Shown here: one piece after another, positions 17,607 through 27,714 of the stretch
Position numbering within the stretch: position 1 is the first letter of the stretch
Layout: each line of letters starts with the position of its first letter
DNA from: a virus
Lineage: Duplodnaviria; Caudoviricetes
Length of the DNA stretch: 56,567 nucleotides
IMG/VR virus record: IMGVR_UViG_3300031237_000257
Span: 1-56,567 of that record
Reading direction: 5' to 3' (one strand)
The notes under the pieces: model-generated
What the model saw: only the letters and a program-made list of their open reading frames with translations
Told to the model about the DNA's origin: nothing
The model's database searches: none
Program-made: the position numbers and the translations under genes

Positions 17607-20600
17607 TTATCCGCGGCCGTTGATGGCCGCCCATATTTGGCCGCCAGGCCGCAAGTCTCTGGCGATCTGCTCTTGTGCGCCCTGTTTGGCGGCACGCGCA
17701 TATGCCTGTGCAACTGCTTGGCCGCCCCCATCGTCAGTGGCAGCCCCCTGACCTTCAGGCACGGCGAACGTCTGCTGGATTACCACCTGGTTGCTGCTTG
17801 AGCCCTGCTCTCCACTGCTGCCGATTGACATGACGCCCAGCTTGCCATTCGCAGTGCGGGTCAGTGGCATGATGGCCTCGTCCCCCGCCTCACCCATCAC
17901 CCCAGTCTTGCCGTTGGCCATGCCGAATGCCGTCGGCTTGCTGACGATGGAATTGGTGAAAGCTCCGCCCTCCGCAAACATCTGCACGCCAGATGACCAG
18001 GCACCACCTTTGGCCTGAATACTGCCGGGAGTGAAACCTGAAAGGTCTCCCGAGTACCCACCCTGGGTCGACCCCGCCGACGATGCTCCGCCACCGAAAT
18101 AGCTGGTTGCAGCACCAAACAAACTGCTGAGAATGGCCGAGCTGGCCTGCCTGGTCGCAATCCGCGCCATATCAGCCAGGATCGACTTCGCAAAATCCGC
18201 GAACGACAGCTTCCCGGTCATGGCGAAGTTGACGACCGCGTCTTCCATCGAGCTGAAGGCGTTGGCAAACAGGCTTTTCGTCTGCCCGGCAACGTCCCTT
18301 GCTGACTCCAGGTAGTTCTGCCACGCCGACGATGCGCCGGCGCTCCAGTCACCCTGAGCCGCCGTCATGTCGTCGTAGTTGGATTGCACTGTGTCGTGCA
18401 AATCCTGTTGCGTGGCTTTAAGCGCTGCCAGCTTCTGGGTGTACTCGTCGAGGCTCATGCCGCGCGATCCATCGCCATACTGGTTGGCCAGTTCAAGGCT
18501 TTGCTGGTTGAAGCGATCGTCGATGCCGTTTTGCTGATCCGTCAGCCCGCGCTGTCGATCACCCTGGCCAAGGCCAGAAGCCGCACGCAACCCCTGCTGA
18601 CGGAGCGTATCGACCTGCTGCTTCAGGGCGCTGGTGTAGGTATTTACGGCCAGGGTCTGCTTACGCAGGCGGCCTTCTTCGTTCGTGGCAATGATCGACA
18701 GTTCACTGTCGCTATCCTGCTGCGCCTTGACCATAGCGCTGCGGGCGTCGGCAATCTTCTGGTCGATCTGAATCAGTTGCGCTGCAGTCGTGCCCTTTTT
18801 TGTCTTGGCGGCTTCCAGCGCATCGATTTCTGACTGGTAGCCGTGGGCAACTTCCTCGGCCTGCTGTTGCAACAAGCTAACGCGCTGTTCGGTATAACTC
18901 GCCTGCGAAATGACGCCGGCACGCTGTGAAGCTTCGAGCTCCTTGTCTGCGTTTTTGTAGTAGGCCAGGGTTTCAGCCAATGCGTTCTTTGCATCATTGA
19001 AGCCGGTCAGGTCGACGCTGCCCGCAGTACCCTTCGGCCCCTTGAACTTGTCGTTGATGTTCGCCAGGTTCTTGTCGATCGCGGACTGATTAAGCCGGGA
19101 GTCGTTCGGGTCGACCTTGCGAATATCGTCGAGCTGTTTCTTGTAATCCTTGATGGCCTCGGCGCGTTTCTGCTCATTGGTCAGCGACGACTTGGTGAGC
19201 GCGTCGATCTTCGACATCGCTGTCACTGCATCGCGCTGTGCCTTGGCCTGCTCACCATCGTATTTGGCGATGTCGGCCGCCGCGGCCTTCTGGTCCTCCA
19301 GCATGTTGAGCTGGTTGCTGTACAGCTCAACCATCTCTTGCTGGTTTTGGAAGGCGCCAATATCTCCAGCCTGAGCTGACGCCAAATTGCGCCGGGCCTT
19401 CTCGATATCCCCGTCAATATCGGGACGACCGATATTCTTCAGGTTGTCCGCAGCACGTGCTACAGCGTTGTAACCCTTTTCCCAGAAACTCAGGTTTTCG
19501 AGAATCTTCGGCGTGCGCTCATTGATTGCGTCCGCATATTCCTCGGTCGCGAGCTTCACCGCGCCAGCATGATCGCCCTGCTCTTCCAGCGCCGCGATTT
19601 GCGAGTACACCGAGGCTGTCAGGTAGTGGTACTGCTCGTTTAGCGCGGCCGATGCTTTGACCGGCTCATCAGCAATTTTCTCGAACTCAGCAACCGTTTC
19701 TTTGATAGCCCTGCCCGTAGCCTCCTGCATGGAGACTGCCGCTTGGGCGATGCCAGAAAAGCTTTCTCCTGCGATCTTGCCATTGCCGGCCAGCAGTGCG
19801 AGCACTTCGGCTGCTTGCCCGGTTGAGCCCACAGTTGCGCCGACTTGCCGAGCCAATACACCCAGCTGCTCTGCGCTCACTCCCGCAGAATTGCCAGTCA
19901 GAATCAGGCCCTTGTTGTACGCGTCTTGCTCCTCGCTGCCCTTGTAATAGGCGTATGCCAATGCGCCCACAGCAGCGGTTGCCAGGGCGATTGGACCGAG
20001 GACGGCAAACAAGCCTGCGGCGGAAGCGCCAGCTCCGGCCCCCAACTGTGCGACCGCCCGAACACCGCTCCCCCAATCCCCTGACGACAGAGCGTTGCCC
20101 AACTGAACAACATTTTCCTGCGCCTGGCGGCTTCCGAGCTTCAGCCTGTCAAAGCCTGTGGCTGTTTTTTCGAGGGCTGCGTAATTGCCGTTCAGCTTAC
20201 CCAGCGCCGAGTTGTACTGATCCTGACTAATGCGGCCGGCATCGAGGTGCTTGCCCAACTGCTCGACCTGGCCGTCTAACTTCGCCATGGCGGCGCGGGC
20301 CGGATCAATCGCACCGAGCAGGCTGTTCAGCGCCTTCTGTTCGTCCAGGGTGGACTTGGCCAGCGACACCTGTTGCTTGTCGAGCTGCGCGGTGATTCTG
20401 GTAAATTCGGCTTCGCCATAGGCGCCGGTCTTTGTGAGCTTCGCCAGACTCTCGCGCTGTTTGGCCAGTTCCTGTGTAGTGGTCGCGCCTTTCGAAAGCG
20501 ACTTTTCCAGCGCTTCCATCTCCTTCATCAGGCCGACGGCGGATTGCTCGGCGCGATCACCAGCCTTGGTCAGCTTGTCGAGATCGGTCGCAGCGTTGGC

Positions 20601-20645
20601 GGCATCAGCCGAATCGACCTTGATGCCGAGTTCTGCAATGTTCAT
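17607..20645 (-). CDS. H: Tail tape measure protein
   Basis: 1012-aa Ala-rich helical protein; MGEAGDEAIMPL C-terminal motif. Confidence 0.95.
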   Translation of the reverse strand: MNIAELGIKVDSADAANAATDLDKLTKAGDRAEQSAVGLMKEMEALEKSLSKGATTTQELAKQRESLAKLTKTGAYGEAEFTRITAQLDKQQVSLAKSTLDEQKALNSLLGAIDPARAAMAKLDGQVEQLGKHLDAGRISQDQYNSALGKLNGNYAALEKTATGFDRLKLGSRQAQENVVQLGNALSSGDWGSGVRAVAQLGAGAGASAAGLFAVLGPIALATAAVGALAYAYYKGSEEQDAYNKGLILTGNSAGVSAEQLGVLARQVGATVGSTGQAAEVLALLAGNGKIAGESFSGIAQAAVSMQEATGRAIKETVAEFEKIADEPVKASAALNEQYHYLTASVYSQIAALEEQGDHAGAVKLATEEYADAINERTPKILENLSFWEKGYNAVARAADNLKNIGRPDIDGDIEKARRNLASAQAGDIGAFQNQQEMVELYSNQLNMLEDQKAAAADIAKYDGEQAKAQRDAVTAMSKIDALTKSSLTNEQKRAEAIKDYKKQLDDIRKVDPNDSRLNQSAIDKNLANINDKFKGPKGTAGSVDLTGFNDAKNALAETLAYYKNADKELEASQRAGVISQASYTEQRVSLLQQQAEEVAHGYQSEIDALEAAKTKKGTTAAQLIQIDQKIADARSAMVKAQQDSDSELSIIATNEEGRLRKQTLAVNTYTSALKQQVDTLRQQGLRAASGLGQGDRQRGLTDQQNGIDDRFNQQSLELANQYGDGSRGMSLDEYTQKLAALKATQQDLHDTVQSNYDDMTAAQGDWSAGASSAWQNYLESARDVAGQTKSLFANAFSSMEDAVVNFAMTGKLSFADFAKSILADMARIATRQASSAILSSLFGAATSYFGGGASSAGSTQGGYSGDLSGFTPGSIQAKGGAWSSGVQMFAEGGAFTNSIVSKPTAFGMANGKTGVMGEAGDEAIMPLTRTANGKLGVMSIGSSGEQGSSSNQVVIQQTFAVPEGQGAATDDGGGQAVAQAYARAAKQGAQEQIARDLRPGGQIWAAINGRG

Positions 20646-20672
20646 CGACTCACCTTGAATAAGTGCCCGCCA

Positions 20673-20945
20673 TCACGGGCTGTTGTCGCGTGCTTCGGCC
20701 ATGACCGCGATGGCCTCCGATTCCATGACGCGGATGTCCTGGAACACGCGCGGGCGATCCTTGACAGGAACGCCGACGAGTTTCATCACATCTGGCAGTA
20801 CGCCGTAATCGAGGCCGGTCGCGCCGCATGCGCCTGTGCGCCACTGAGTCCACATCGAATCCATGACGAGGAACGACTTCCAGTTGTCCGGCCAGACTTC
20901 GAAAGTTTCGTCGTAGTCCTCGGGCGAGAATCCGAACATCGCCAT
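20673..20945 (-). CDS. Tail assembly chaperone, gpT-like part
   Basis: TQWRTG...GLDY motif; open -1 frame extends up to the slippery site. Confidence 0.85.
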   Translation of the reverse strand: MAMFGFSPEDYDETFEVWPDNWKSFLVMDSMWTQWRTGACGATGLDYGVLPDVMKLVGVPVKDRPRVFQDIRVMESEAIAVMAEARDNSP

Positions 20946-20992
20946 TTGCTCGGCAGAACTATCGGCCTCATAAAGGGCACGGGCAGCGGCAG

Positions 20993-21376
20993 TCAGTTTC
21001 CCAAGCGGGCCTTGCCGAATGCTTCGCTGTACGCCTTCACGACAGCGTCCGACACACCGATGCAGCTCTTCACCAGAGCTGTTATTGAGTCATCGTTGAG
21101 CTTGTCGCCAAAGTCCCACGACACGACCAGATCCTTGATCTGATCGACGCCTTGCTCGACTTCTGCCGCAGTAATCTCGGTGAGTGTCGGCTCAGTCCCT
21201 TTGAAGCGTTCGCCGATGACTTCTGCTTTCGCCTTCCAGGAGTCGAATAACTCAGCCAGTTCAGTGCGGTCGCGGTACTTGAACGTGAATGGCACCATTG
21301 CCGGTTTACCGCCGACCTGCGGGATAGCCACATCGACAGTGAACGTCGGCTTTGGCGCGATGGAAAACTTTGCCAT
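20993..21376 (-). CDS. Tail assembly chaperone gpG-like
   Basis: Follows tail tube; ends ARLGN at slippery site. Confidence 0.88.
   Translation of the reverse strand: MAKFSIAPKPTFTVDVAIPQVGGKPAMVPFTFKYRDRTELAELFDSWKAKAEVIGERFKGTEPTLTEITAAEVEQGVDQIKDLVVSWDFGDKLNDDSITALVKSCIGVSDAVVKAYSEAFGKARLGN
20996..21002 (-). promoter_or_regulatory. -1 ribosomal frameshift site GGGAAAC
   Basis: G GGA AAC TGA at end of gpG-like gene; -1 frame reads KLTAAARALYEADSSAEQ into 20945 ORF. Confidence 0.85.
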
Positions 21377-21385
21377 GGGAACCCC

Positions 21386-22033
21386 TTAGGCGTTGTAGCG
21401 GGTTGGGCGGGAGGCGAACGACAACGTGATGGTCCGCGTCATGATGTTGTTGCGGCTCAGTGTCGGGGTCGCGGTGATCGACACGTACGCGTAGTAGTAA
21501 ATGCTCGCGCCGCCCGGCAGGTTTGCGCGCACCAGGCGCGGCTCTTTGTCTTCGTCGGCCGCCTCAACGATCGCGACATACGCCTGAGCCGGATCATCAG
21601 CGACTGGCAGCGTCATGCTGCTGGCCGACTTGTTGGTCGGCAGCTGACGGTCGTCGTCGTCTTCAAGGAAGCCGTAAGTAAGGAACTGCTGCTCGCCGCC
21701 GTTGGCTGTGGGCTCAGTGATCTGTGCGATCTGCGTCCAACCAGAAGCCGCACGCACCTTGCCCGCACCGGAGCCAGCCGGGTAGTTCTTGACGCTGGTG
21801 GTGTCCACGCCTTCAGCCGCGAACTCGCCGACTTCCGAAGAGATGACGCGGGCCGGGCGGCCGTTCAGCTTGGCCCAGGCAGAGTCGATGACAATTACCT
21901 CGCCATCAGTGAGACCGTGCGCTGCAGCAGTGAGGACCGCTGGCTTTGCGTTGCTGATAGCGGTGAAAGGTTTTGCAAGGCTCAGCGTTGCCGCGATCTC
22001 GAACGTGGTGCCGTTGGGAATCCTGACGCTCAT
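21386..22033 (-). CDS. Major tail tube protein
   Basis: Position; AISNAKPAV, GGEQQF..YGFLEDD motifs. Confidence 0.88.
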   Translation of the reverse strand: MSVRIPNGTTFEIAATLSLAKPFTAISNAKPAVLTAAAHGLTDGEVIVIDSAWAKLNGRPARVISSEVGEFAAEGVDTTSVKNYPAGSGAGKVRAASGWTQIAQITEPTANGGEQQFLTYGFLEDDDDRQLPTNKSASSMTLPVADDPAQAYVAIVEAADEDKEPRLVRANLPGGASIYYYAYVSITATPTLSRNNIMTRTITLSFASRPTRYNA

Positions 22034-22102
22034 GGGTTTTCCTCTTTGTAGAATGACAAAACCCGCTCAATGGCGGGTTCTGGGTTTGCCCAACGGGCTA
22101 AT

Positions 22103-22519
22103 TCAGTTGGTGTCGGCGCGGTAAAGGAACGACACGGGAACCGTGAACGTAGTGTCGTCTGGGATTCCGGGGCCAGGATCGACCGGGCTCATCGTCACTA
22201 CGGTCAGCGCGCCGTTGGTGTTGCGTTCGTATAGCGGGAACAGCGCGGCGATCCGGTCAGCCAGCGCGCCGGCCGCGCCGCGGTACTTGCCGGAAGGCGT
22301 CACGATGCTGACCTGAAACACGCCGGTGTACAGCTTGTGGTCACCGCCGAGAGTGTTGCTTGCGGTATCACCCGGCAGCGTGAAGGCCTTCAGGTACGTG
22401 GTGCCGTTGACCGGCGTATATGCCTCGTTCTCGACCACAACCTTCAGTGGTGTCGGCAAGGCTTTCGCCCAGGCGATCAGCTTGGCCTCGTAGATCGAGG
22501 CGATGATGTTATGGCTCAT
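22103..22519 (-). CDS. Tail terminator-like protein
   Basis: GVFQVSIVTP motif; position before tail tube. Confidence 0.8.
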   Translation of the reverse strand: MSHNIIASIYEAKLIAWAKALPTPLKVVVENEAYTPVNGTTYLKAFTLPGDTASNTLGGDHKLYTGVFQVSIVTPSGKYRGAAGALADRIAALFPLYERNTNGALTVVTMSPVDPGPGIPDDTTFTVPVSFLYRADTN

Positions 22520-23112
22520 GCCTGGTTGTTCCTGATGGCGTCATCAACGATCTGCTGGAAGCGGGCCACGGTGATACGGACCATGCCTCCGGGGGCCTGG
22601 GTCGAGTGCCCGAACTCAAGCGGGATCGCGTACGGCAGGTTGTTTATGAGGTAGGCCGTCTGGCCGGCGGTGAAGTCGCTGACTGCCGAAACAAGGGCGG
22701 CGATCGTCTCTTGGCCGCTCGGGTCGACATCGTCGAACGTTACGTTCTCGACCACATCGATGGATAGGTGCCAGTTCGCCCGGAACCGCCCACCGACGTA
22801 ACCGTCAGGGGCGCGGACGTCCATGCCGTCGTTCAGCTTGCGCCCGGGCTTGAGCCGGCCGGCCTTGGTCAGGTTGGCCGGATCGCTACGCAAGTCGCTG
22901 TTGTGATCGTCCACGGCCTTGTTGTACTGGCTCGCTACCACGTTCTGCGCCCAAATCTCGGGATTCCCCACCGGTGACATGCGGATGACGCTGCTGCCGA
23001 CCTCGATAATGATCTCGCGCAGACTGGCGTCAATGGCTTCCGTGGCTTGGTTGGCAAACTCGGCAAGGCTCAGGGCGAAGCTGCCGGATTGTCCGGAACC
23101 GGCGCGGCTCAT
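22516..23112 (-). CDS. Neck / tail completion protein (HK97 gp10-like)
   Basis: GRFRANW, NNLPYAIPLEFGHSTQAPGGMVR motifs. Confidence 0.82.
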   Translation of the reverse strand: MSRAGSGQSGSFALSLAEFANQATEAIDASLREIIIEVGSSVIRMSPVGNPEIWAQNVVASQYNKAVDDHNSDLRSDPANLTKAGRLKPGRKLNDGMDVRAPDGYVGGRFRANWHLSIDVVENVTFDDVDPSGQETIAALVSAVSDFTAGQTAYLINNLPYAIPLEFGHSTQAPGGMVRITVARFQQIVDDAIRNNQA

Positions 23113-23477
23113 GACCTCACCTGCAGCTCATACAAAATCGGAGTGCCGGCCGGGTTGATCTCTTTCAGCGGCGGGACGATGGACCAGGCACGACCCTGGA
23201 CGATGACCTTGTTCAGCAGCTGCGGCGCCCACGCCAAATCCTGCGCGGCGATCTTCAGCTTCTTGTCGCCCTGCTTGATGAGGCTGTTGTTCTGGAATTC
23301 TTGGCCGGTGAAGTCGAGCAGGATGCCCTGGGCGGTTTGATCGGTGACAGTGTCAGGGGGTGCACTGCCCGTGTCCGGGTCGTACTCGCCAACGGTGATT
23401 GCCCGGATGGTCACGGGCTGGCCGAACTCTGTGATCATCTCAAGGGCCATCACGGCCATTTCGTCGTAGAAGGCCAT
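23109..23477 (-). CDS. Head closure / head-tail joining protein
   Basis: GEYDPDTG, LIKQGDKK motifs; position. Confidence 0.75.
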   Translation of the reverse strand: MAFYDEMAVMALEMITEFGQPVTIRAITVGEYDPDTGSAPPDTVTDQTAQGILLDFTGQEFQNNSLIKQGDKKLKIAAQDLAWAPQLLNKVIVQGRAWSIVPPLKEINPAGTPILYELQVRS

Positions 23478-23528
23478 GAGCACCTCATAAAAAAGCCCGC
23501 ACAAGGCGGGCTTAACGGGACTGAAAAT

Positions 23529-23855
23529 TCATTCGCTGGCCAGGGTAACCTTGGCGAAACCGCGCTTCTTCAGCTCTTCGATAATTTCCTCGACAGATGC
23601 CTCGCCAAGAGCAATCTCAGTGAAATCATCCTGAATAATTGCCTCCAGCTCGCTTTCATTTACTTGAGGGAAAAGGGCTTTATTCAATTTTGCCCAAGTG
23701 CTCATTTCTGGGCTGTGCATGCCACGTTCGTAACGACCAGCCATTACGTTTGAGATATCAGCGGCGATGGATAATTCCGCCTGGGTCATGCCAGCTGCTT
23801 TGCGAGCATTACGAAGAGCTTCAGGAAAATTTTTGTGTTTAGGGTTAGGTAGCAT
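23529..23855 (-). CDS. XRE-family HTH regulator (moron)
   Basis: LRNARKAAGMTQAELS...YERG HTH; predicted -10 overlaps ATG 23885 so 23855 preferred; terminator 23489-23513. Confidence 0.85.
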   Translation of the reverse strand: MLPNPKHKNFPEALRNARKAAGMTQAELSIAADISNVMAGRYERGMHSPEMSTWAKLNKALFPQVNESELEAIIQDDFTEIALGEASVEEIIEELKKRGFAKVTLASE

Positions 23856-23883
23856 AGGAGGTCTCTCGTTGGTTTGTGCAGGC

Positions 23884-23912
23884 ATAATGCATCACCAATG
23901 AGTAGCATTCAA
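23884..23912 (-). promoter_or_regulatory. Sigma70-like promoter of XRE moron
   Basis: TTGAAT-N17-CATTAT. Confidence 0.55.
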
Positions 23913-23945
23913 GTATCTTTTATATCGGAATAAGATATTTTTAGA

Positions 23946-24449
23946 TCACGCACGGATAACAAACAACCCACGCCTCTGCAAGTAATCTGCGAATTGTGTA
24001 GCACTCGGCCGGTCCGGCGCTGCCGGCAACAGTCGACCGCTGGTGTTTGGGATCGTGGCGTACTCGCGAGTTACTGCGCCTTCGACACGCTCCAGCGTTA
24101 CAGCACCTTTGCGCTTGTCGATCGGGTCGATGTCGTCCGCGTGGATCTCGGCGGCCAAAGCCATCTGGCCGTACTGGATGCGCGCCGGCAGGTAGTTGTC
24201 GGGCTTGATCTGGCAGTCCAGTTCAACGCCTCGGCGCGGCCAGGCCAACGCCTGATCGCTGTCCGTCTTGCGCCCCTTCCAGGTCTTGCCATCCATCGCC
24301 AAGGCGGCCCGGCGCAGCAACGCTTCTTGCGCAGGCACTTCTGCGGGAATGACCACGCCGAACTTGCCGGCGTACATGACCAGGTCCGCGGCGCTCGCGT
24401 AGCTTTCGGCGTCTGGCTTGCCGGTGCCGTCCTCGATGATGAGTGTCAT
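23946..24449 (-). CDS. Head-tail adaptor (DnaT-like family)
   Basis: LIIEDGTGKPDAESYAS, QALAWPR motifs; position after capsid. Confidence 0.82.
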   Translation of the reverse strand: MTLIIEDGTGKPDAESYASAADLVMYAGKFGVVIPAEVPAQEALLRRAALAMDGKTWKGRKTDSDQALAWPRRGVELDCQIKPDNYLPARIQYGQMALAAEIHADDIDPIDKRKGAVTLERVEGAVTREYATIPNTSGRLLPAAPDRPSATQFADYLQRRGLFVIRA

Positions 24450-24511
24450 GGATCAACTCGCTGGATTGAGTTTTGAATGATTGGCCACCGGGTTACCGGT
24501 AGCCAGCAGTA

Positions 24512-25084
24512 TCAAGCCTTGGGCAGATCAGCGACGAGTTTTTCCAAGGACTCTTTCGAGGCGTTGGCCCGGTAAGTCACGCCAGCAGCGTCGAGTTTAG
24601 CCTTCAGGACTTCGACTTCCACGCCTTCACCTGCCTTCAGTTCGGCGAGCTCATTGCGCAACGTCTCGTTTTCCGTTGCGAGATCGCCGCGCGCACCGGC
24701 CAACTCGATCATTTGCAGGCGAATGCCGTCGAGCGCATGAAACAGCCGAATTGCGAGTTCACCAGCTTCCGGCTTTTCAATCTCGCCGGCGTCCAGGCCG
24801 TCAATCACAGCGCGGACCGTGTCGCTTTCGATCTGCAGCTTTCCGATCAGGGCTTCCAATTCGACGCGATTGGCACCCGCACCATCGACCGGCACTTGGC
24901 GCGACTCAGCGTCTATCGCCGTCACTTCGACGCCGACATGCTCGTAGGCTTCAACCACCTTCGGCCATGCGCCTACGACCACAACACCGGTCACGCCCGC
25001 TTCTGGGCGATCGAAGTGCTCCGGGTTGCGATAGCGCTTGTCTGGATCAAAGCCGGAGCTTTGAGTGGAATAGATGAGTTCCAT
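24512..25084 (-). CDS. Capsid-adjacent hypothetical protein with C-terminal HeH-like motif
   Basis: GGAGA RBS; LKAKLDAAGVTYRANASKESLEKL. Confidence 0.75.
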   Translation of the reverse strand: MELIYSTQSSGFDPDKRYRNPEHFDRPEAGVTGVVVVGAWPKVVEAYEHVGVEVTAIDAESRQVPVDGAGANRVELEALIGKLQIESDTVRAVIDGLDAGEIEKPEAGELAIRLFHALDGIRLQMIELAGARGDLATENETLRNELAELKAGEGVEVEVLKAKLDAAGVTYRANASKESLEKLVADLPKA

Positions 25085-25130
25085 GGAAATCTCCGTAGCG
25101 GCCATTACTGGCCGCTGTCGTGGGTGAGCC

Positions 25131-26081
25131 TTAAGGCGTGGTCGTCAGGGTGATCATCACGCCGGCGGTGACTTTGTTGCTGTCGGAGTGTTTGACCCAG
25201 TTGGCCGCCGAACCTACCGCCGCCAAAGTTGGGTTCGCGCCGCCGACCGCGTCCTTCCAGCTGTAACCCAGCACGTCGATGTTAACGGTGCCCTCGGCGC
25301 GGTAGCCGATACCGAGGTTTTCTTCGTCGTCCACGTTGTACGAGCGGAAGCCAGGGGCCTGGGACTCGGTGATCACCACGGCATTCGGCAGCAGGCCGAA
25401 GATCACATCCGCCGGAGCGGTGTCGGTCACCAGTACTGGCTTGCCGAGGGTGCCCGGCAGGCCGCCGTAAATCACGACGCCGGCTTCTTCATAGACCTTG
25501 TTGGCAATTGCCTCGTCAACGATGTCGAAGTAAGCGCTGGAGTGCATGACCCACAGAGCAATGCGGCCGAACTTGTCGCCGAACTTGCGCATACCGCGGG
25601 TCAGCGTCTTCTTGCCGTCGGTTTCGATGTTGGCCGTGACCACCATCCCGGCGTTGGAGCTGATAGCAGCACGCAGCGCTGCGGTGGCGTACTGGATGAA
25701 GCCTTCCAGGGTAGCGTCGGCCACATCGGCGCCGATGATCTGGGAGAACTCATCGACTGGACGACCGCGGCGCTTGAACGCCTCTTCGGTGGTCTGGTAC
25801 GGGCCGTACTTCCACGGAGCCTTGACGCCCACGGCTTCGCCGGCGCCGATCTTCTTGGCGGTTACCTTGCCGACGGAGTTGACGTCGCGGTGCTCAAGCG
25901 AGCCGCCGATCTTGTAGAAAGAGCGCTTGCGGAAGTCGCCTTCGATCAGTTCGTTGTCGAGAACGATCGCCCCGTTGGACGAAGCGTTGAAGACGTCGAG
26001 GTTGTCCTGGACACGCTCCAGGTATGCGGTTTGCGCCTCATCGTTGTAGATGATCAGGTCGCTATTAACGGTTGTAGCCAT
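25131..26081 (-). CDS. Major capsid protein
   Basis: 316 aa after scaffold; WVMHS and TLGKPVLVTD typical of HK97-fold capsids. Confidence 0.9.
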   Translation of the reverse strand: MATTVNSDLIIYNDEAQTAYLERVQDNLDVFNASSNGAIVLDNELIEGDFRKRSFYKIGGSLEHRDVNSVGKVTAKKIGAGEAVGVKAPWKYGPYQTTEEAFKRRGRPVDEFSQIIGADVADATLEGFIQYATAALRAAISSNAGMVVTANIETDGKKTLTRGMRKFGDKFGRIALWVMHSSAYFDIVDEAIANKVYEEAGVVIYGGLPGTLGKPVLVTDTAPADVIFGLLPNAVVITESQAPGFRSYNVDDEENLGIGYRAEGTVNIDVLGYSWKDAVGGANPTLAAVGSAANWVKHSDSNKVTAGVMITLTTTP

Positions 26082-26093
26082 GGGTTTATCCCC

Positions 26094-26822
26094 TTACTTG
26101 GGCAATGCGAGGTATGCGGTTTGGCCGTGCTTGCGCTGAAAGTCGCGCTTTTGCTCGGAGGTCATTTCGGAGCGTTTGAATGCAGCCTGGCCGCCACCCC
26201 CGCCCGGGGCTTGTGTGCCTGAAGCCCTTGGCCACAGGTGAGGTGCGCTTTCGCGCAGTGATTCCGCCCATTCGAGCGGAGTCAGTGGGGTTTTGCCGTC
26301 TTTGCCGAGGATTGTCTGGCCAGACTCATCGATAGCGACGGCTTCTCCCTCGTCATTCAGTGTGAACACGCCCTTGGCGCGCAGGATGATGTCGTCGGTT
26401 GCTTCAGGTAGAGCACCAGCCTTCAGGGCTGCACCGCGCACCGAGTCGCCCAGGACTTTGCCCTGGAACTTTACGGCGAATGCTTCGGCCTTCTCAGCGC
26501 GGCCGGTGACAGTCTTCAGTTGCTTGTCGTAGTCACCGCGCAGGCGCTCGGTGCGGCGGTTGAATACTTCGTCTACCTTGCCCTCGGTCAGCAGCTTGGT
26601 TTCTTCGTCCTGACCGGCCCGACTGAGTAGGCCTTTGACGGCATCAATGTCGATGCCTTCAAACTGAGTCTCGAACTGAGAGAGCTTGGTGGATGTGTCC
26701 TTCAGCTTGCCCAGCAGCTCAGTGTTCTTAGTTTTCAAGCCCGAGACGGACGCTTCAACAGCAGTCGCGATAGCGGCCTTGATTGCCGGGTTTTCCAGGT
26801 CGATTTCGTTTTCTTCTGCCAC
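26094..26822 (-). CDS. Capsid scaffolding protein
   Basis: GLKTKNTELL, coiled coil, Gly linker, position before MCP. Confidence 0.82.
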   Translation of the reverse strand: MAEENEIDLENPAIKAAIATAVEASVSGLKTKNTELLGKLKDTSTKLSQFETQFEGIDIDAVKGLLSRAGQDEETKLLTEGKVDEVFNRRTERLRGDYDKQLKTVTGRAEKAEAFAVKFQGKVLGDSVRGAALKAGALPEATDDIILRAKGVFTLNDEGEAVAIDESGQTILGKDGKTPLTPLEWAESLRESAPHLWPRASGTQAPGGGGGQAAFKRSEMTSEQKRDFQRKHGQTAYLALPK

Positions 26823-26940
26823 GTTGATGCACCCCTTGGGTTTGGTCTGCCCGCTTTGCAGGCATAAAAAAACCGCCCGGAGGCGGTGTATTCATAAAAG
26901 ATCTGGAAATTAATCGAGTGAGTTTGGACTTAGTAAAAAA

Positions 26941-27690
26941 TTAATCCTTGGATACGTTTTTTCGAAGTTCGGCAAAAAACGCTCCGTCGCGCTCTTTCTT
27001 TTCTCGTGCGTCTTTCTCCGCATCCGCCCTTTGTTTAGCTATCACACTGGAAAAAAAATCAGCTATCAGAGTCGGAGCCAGCTCATGAGAAATATCGTCG
27101 TGAGCCAACCTGATAACCAGCTTAGCTTTTCCGATCCGATAAGACTCTAGAGCAGCGAAGTACTCTTCGTTTACTCCATAATCATAGTCACGTGGGCCAA
27201 CGCCTTGATCCTGCAGGGAGGCAACAATGGGGGATACCAATCCCTTTGCAAACTCTTCGAAGTTGTCATCATCAACCTCAATCAACTGCTGTACGTCTCC
27301 ACGCTCCAGCCGCTGAGGAAATCGCACGTTGAGTCGTTCAGTTACCGAGAGAGGGAGCTTGTACCTAAGCTCCTTCAGATGAATCTCAGCTCCCAATACT
27401 GTGACAGGTATTAATCCCTCGGAAACGATACGTAGCGACCATGAACGCTGCGCGCTCTTATCGATGATTAAAGTCCTGATTCGATCTTTCTGAGACTGAG
27501 TAAACGATTGCCACAACGCGACACCGACAGCAAAAAAAGCACCAGTTCCCGCAACCCAATCACCCAAGCTCCCCCAGTTCAGCACATACCTTGTAGTCGA
27601 ACTCGGGTTCATATTTATGCCCACGGTCATACCTAGAAGACCGCTTATTACGCTGGTTACGAGCAATCCAAGCCCAATGAAATATCTCAT
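26941..27690 (-). CDS. Membrane-anchored moron protein
   Basis: AT-rich, two N-terminal TM segments (WGSLGDWVAG), GGAGG RBS. Confidence 0.8.
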   Translation of the reverse strand: MRYFIGLGLLVTSVISGLLGMTVGINMNPSSTTRYVLNWGSLGDWVAGTGAFFAVGVALWQSFTQSQKDRIRTLIIDKSAQRSWSLRIVSEGLIPVTVLGAEIHLKELRYKLPLSVTERLNVRFPQRLERGDVQQLIEVDDDNFEEFAKGLVSPIVASLQDQGVGPRDYDYGVNEEYFAALESYRIGKAKLVIRLAHDDISHELAPTLIADFFSSVIAKQRADAEKDAREKKERDGAFFAELRKNVSKD

Positions 27691-27714
27691 ACTGCCTCCG
27701 TTTGAAAGGAGGCG

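Noticed and set aside
25188-26222. 344-aa antisense ORF over the capsid gene (also 5655-6734, 13285-14001, 30739-31713, 44551-45483)
   Set aside because: Shadow ORFs expected from GC-rich codon bias; no RBS or motifs, fully opposite well-supported genes
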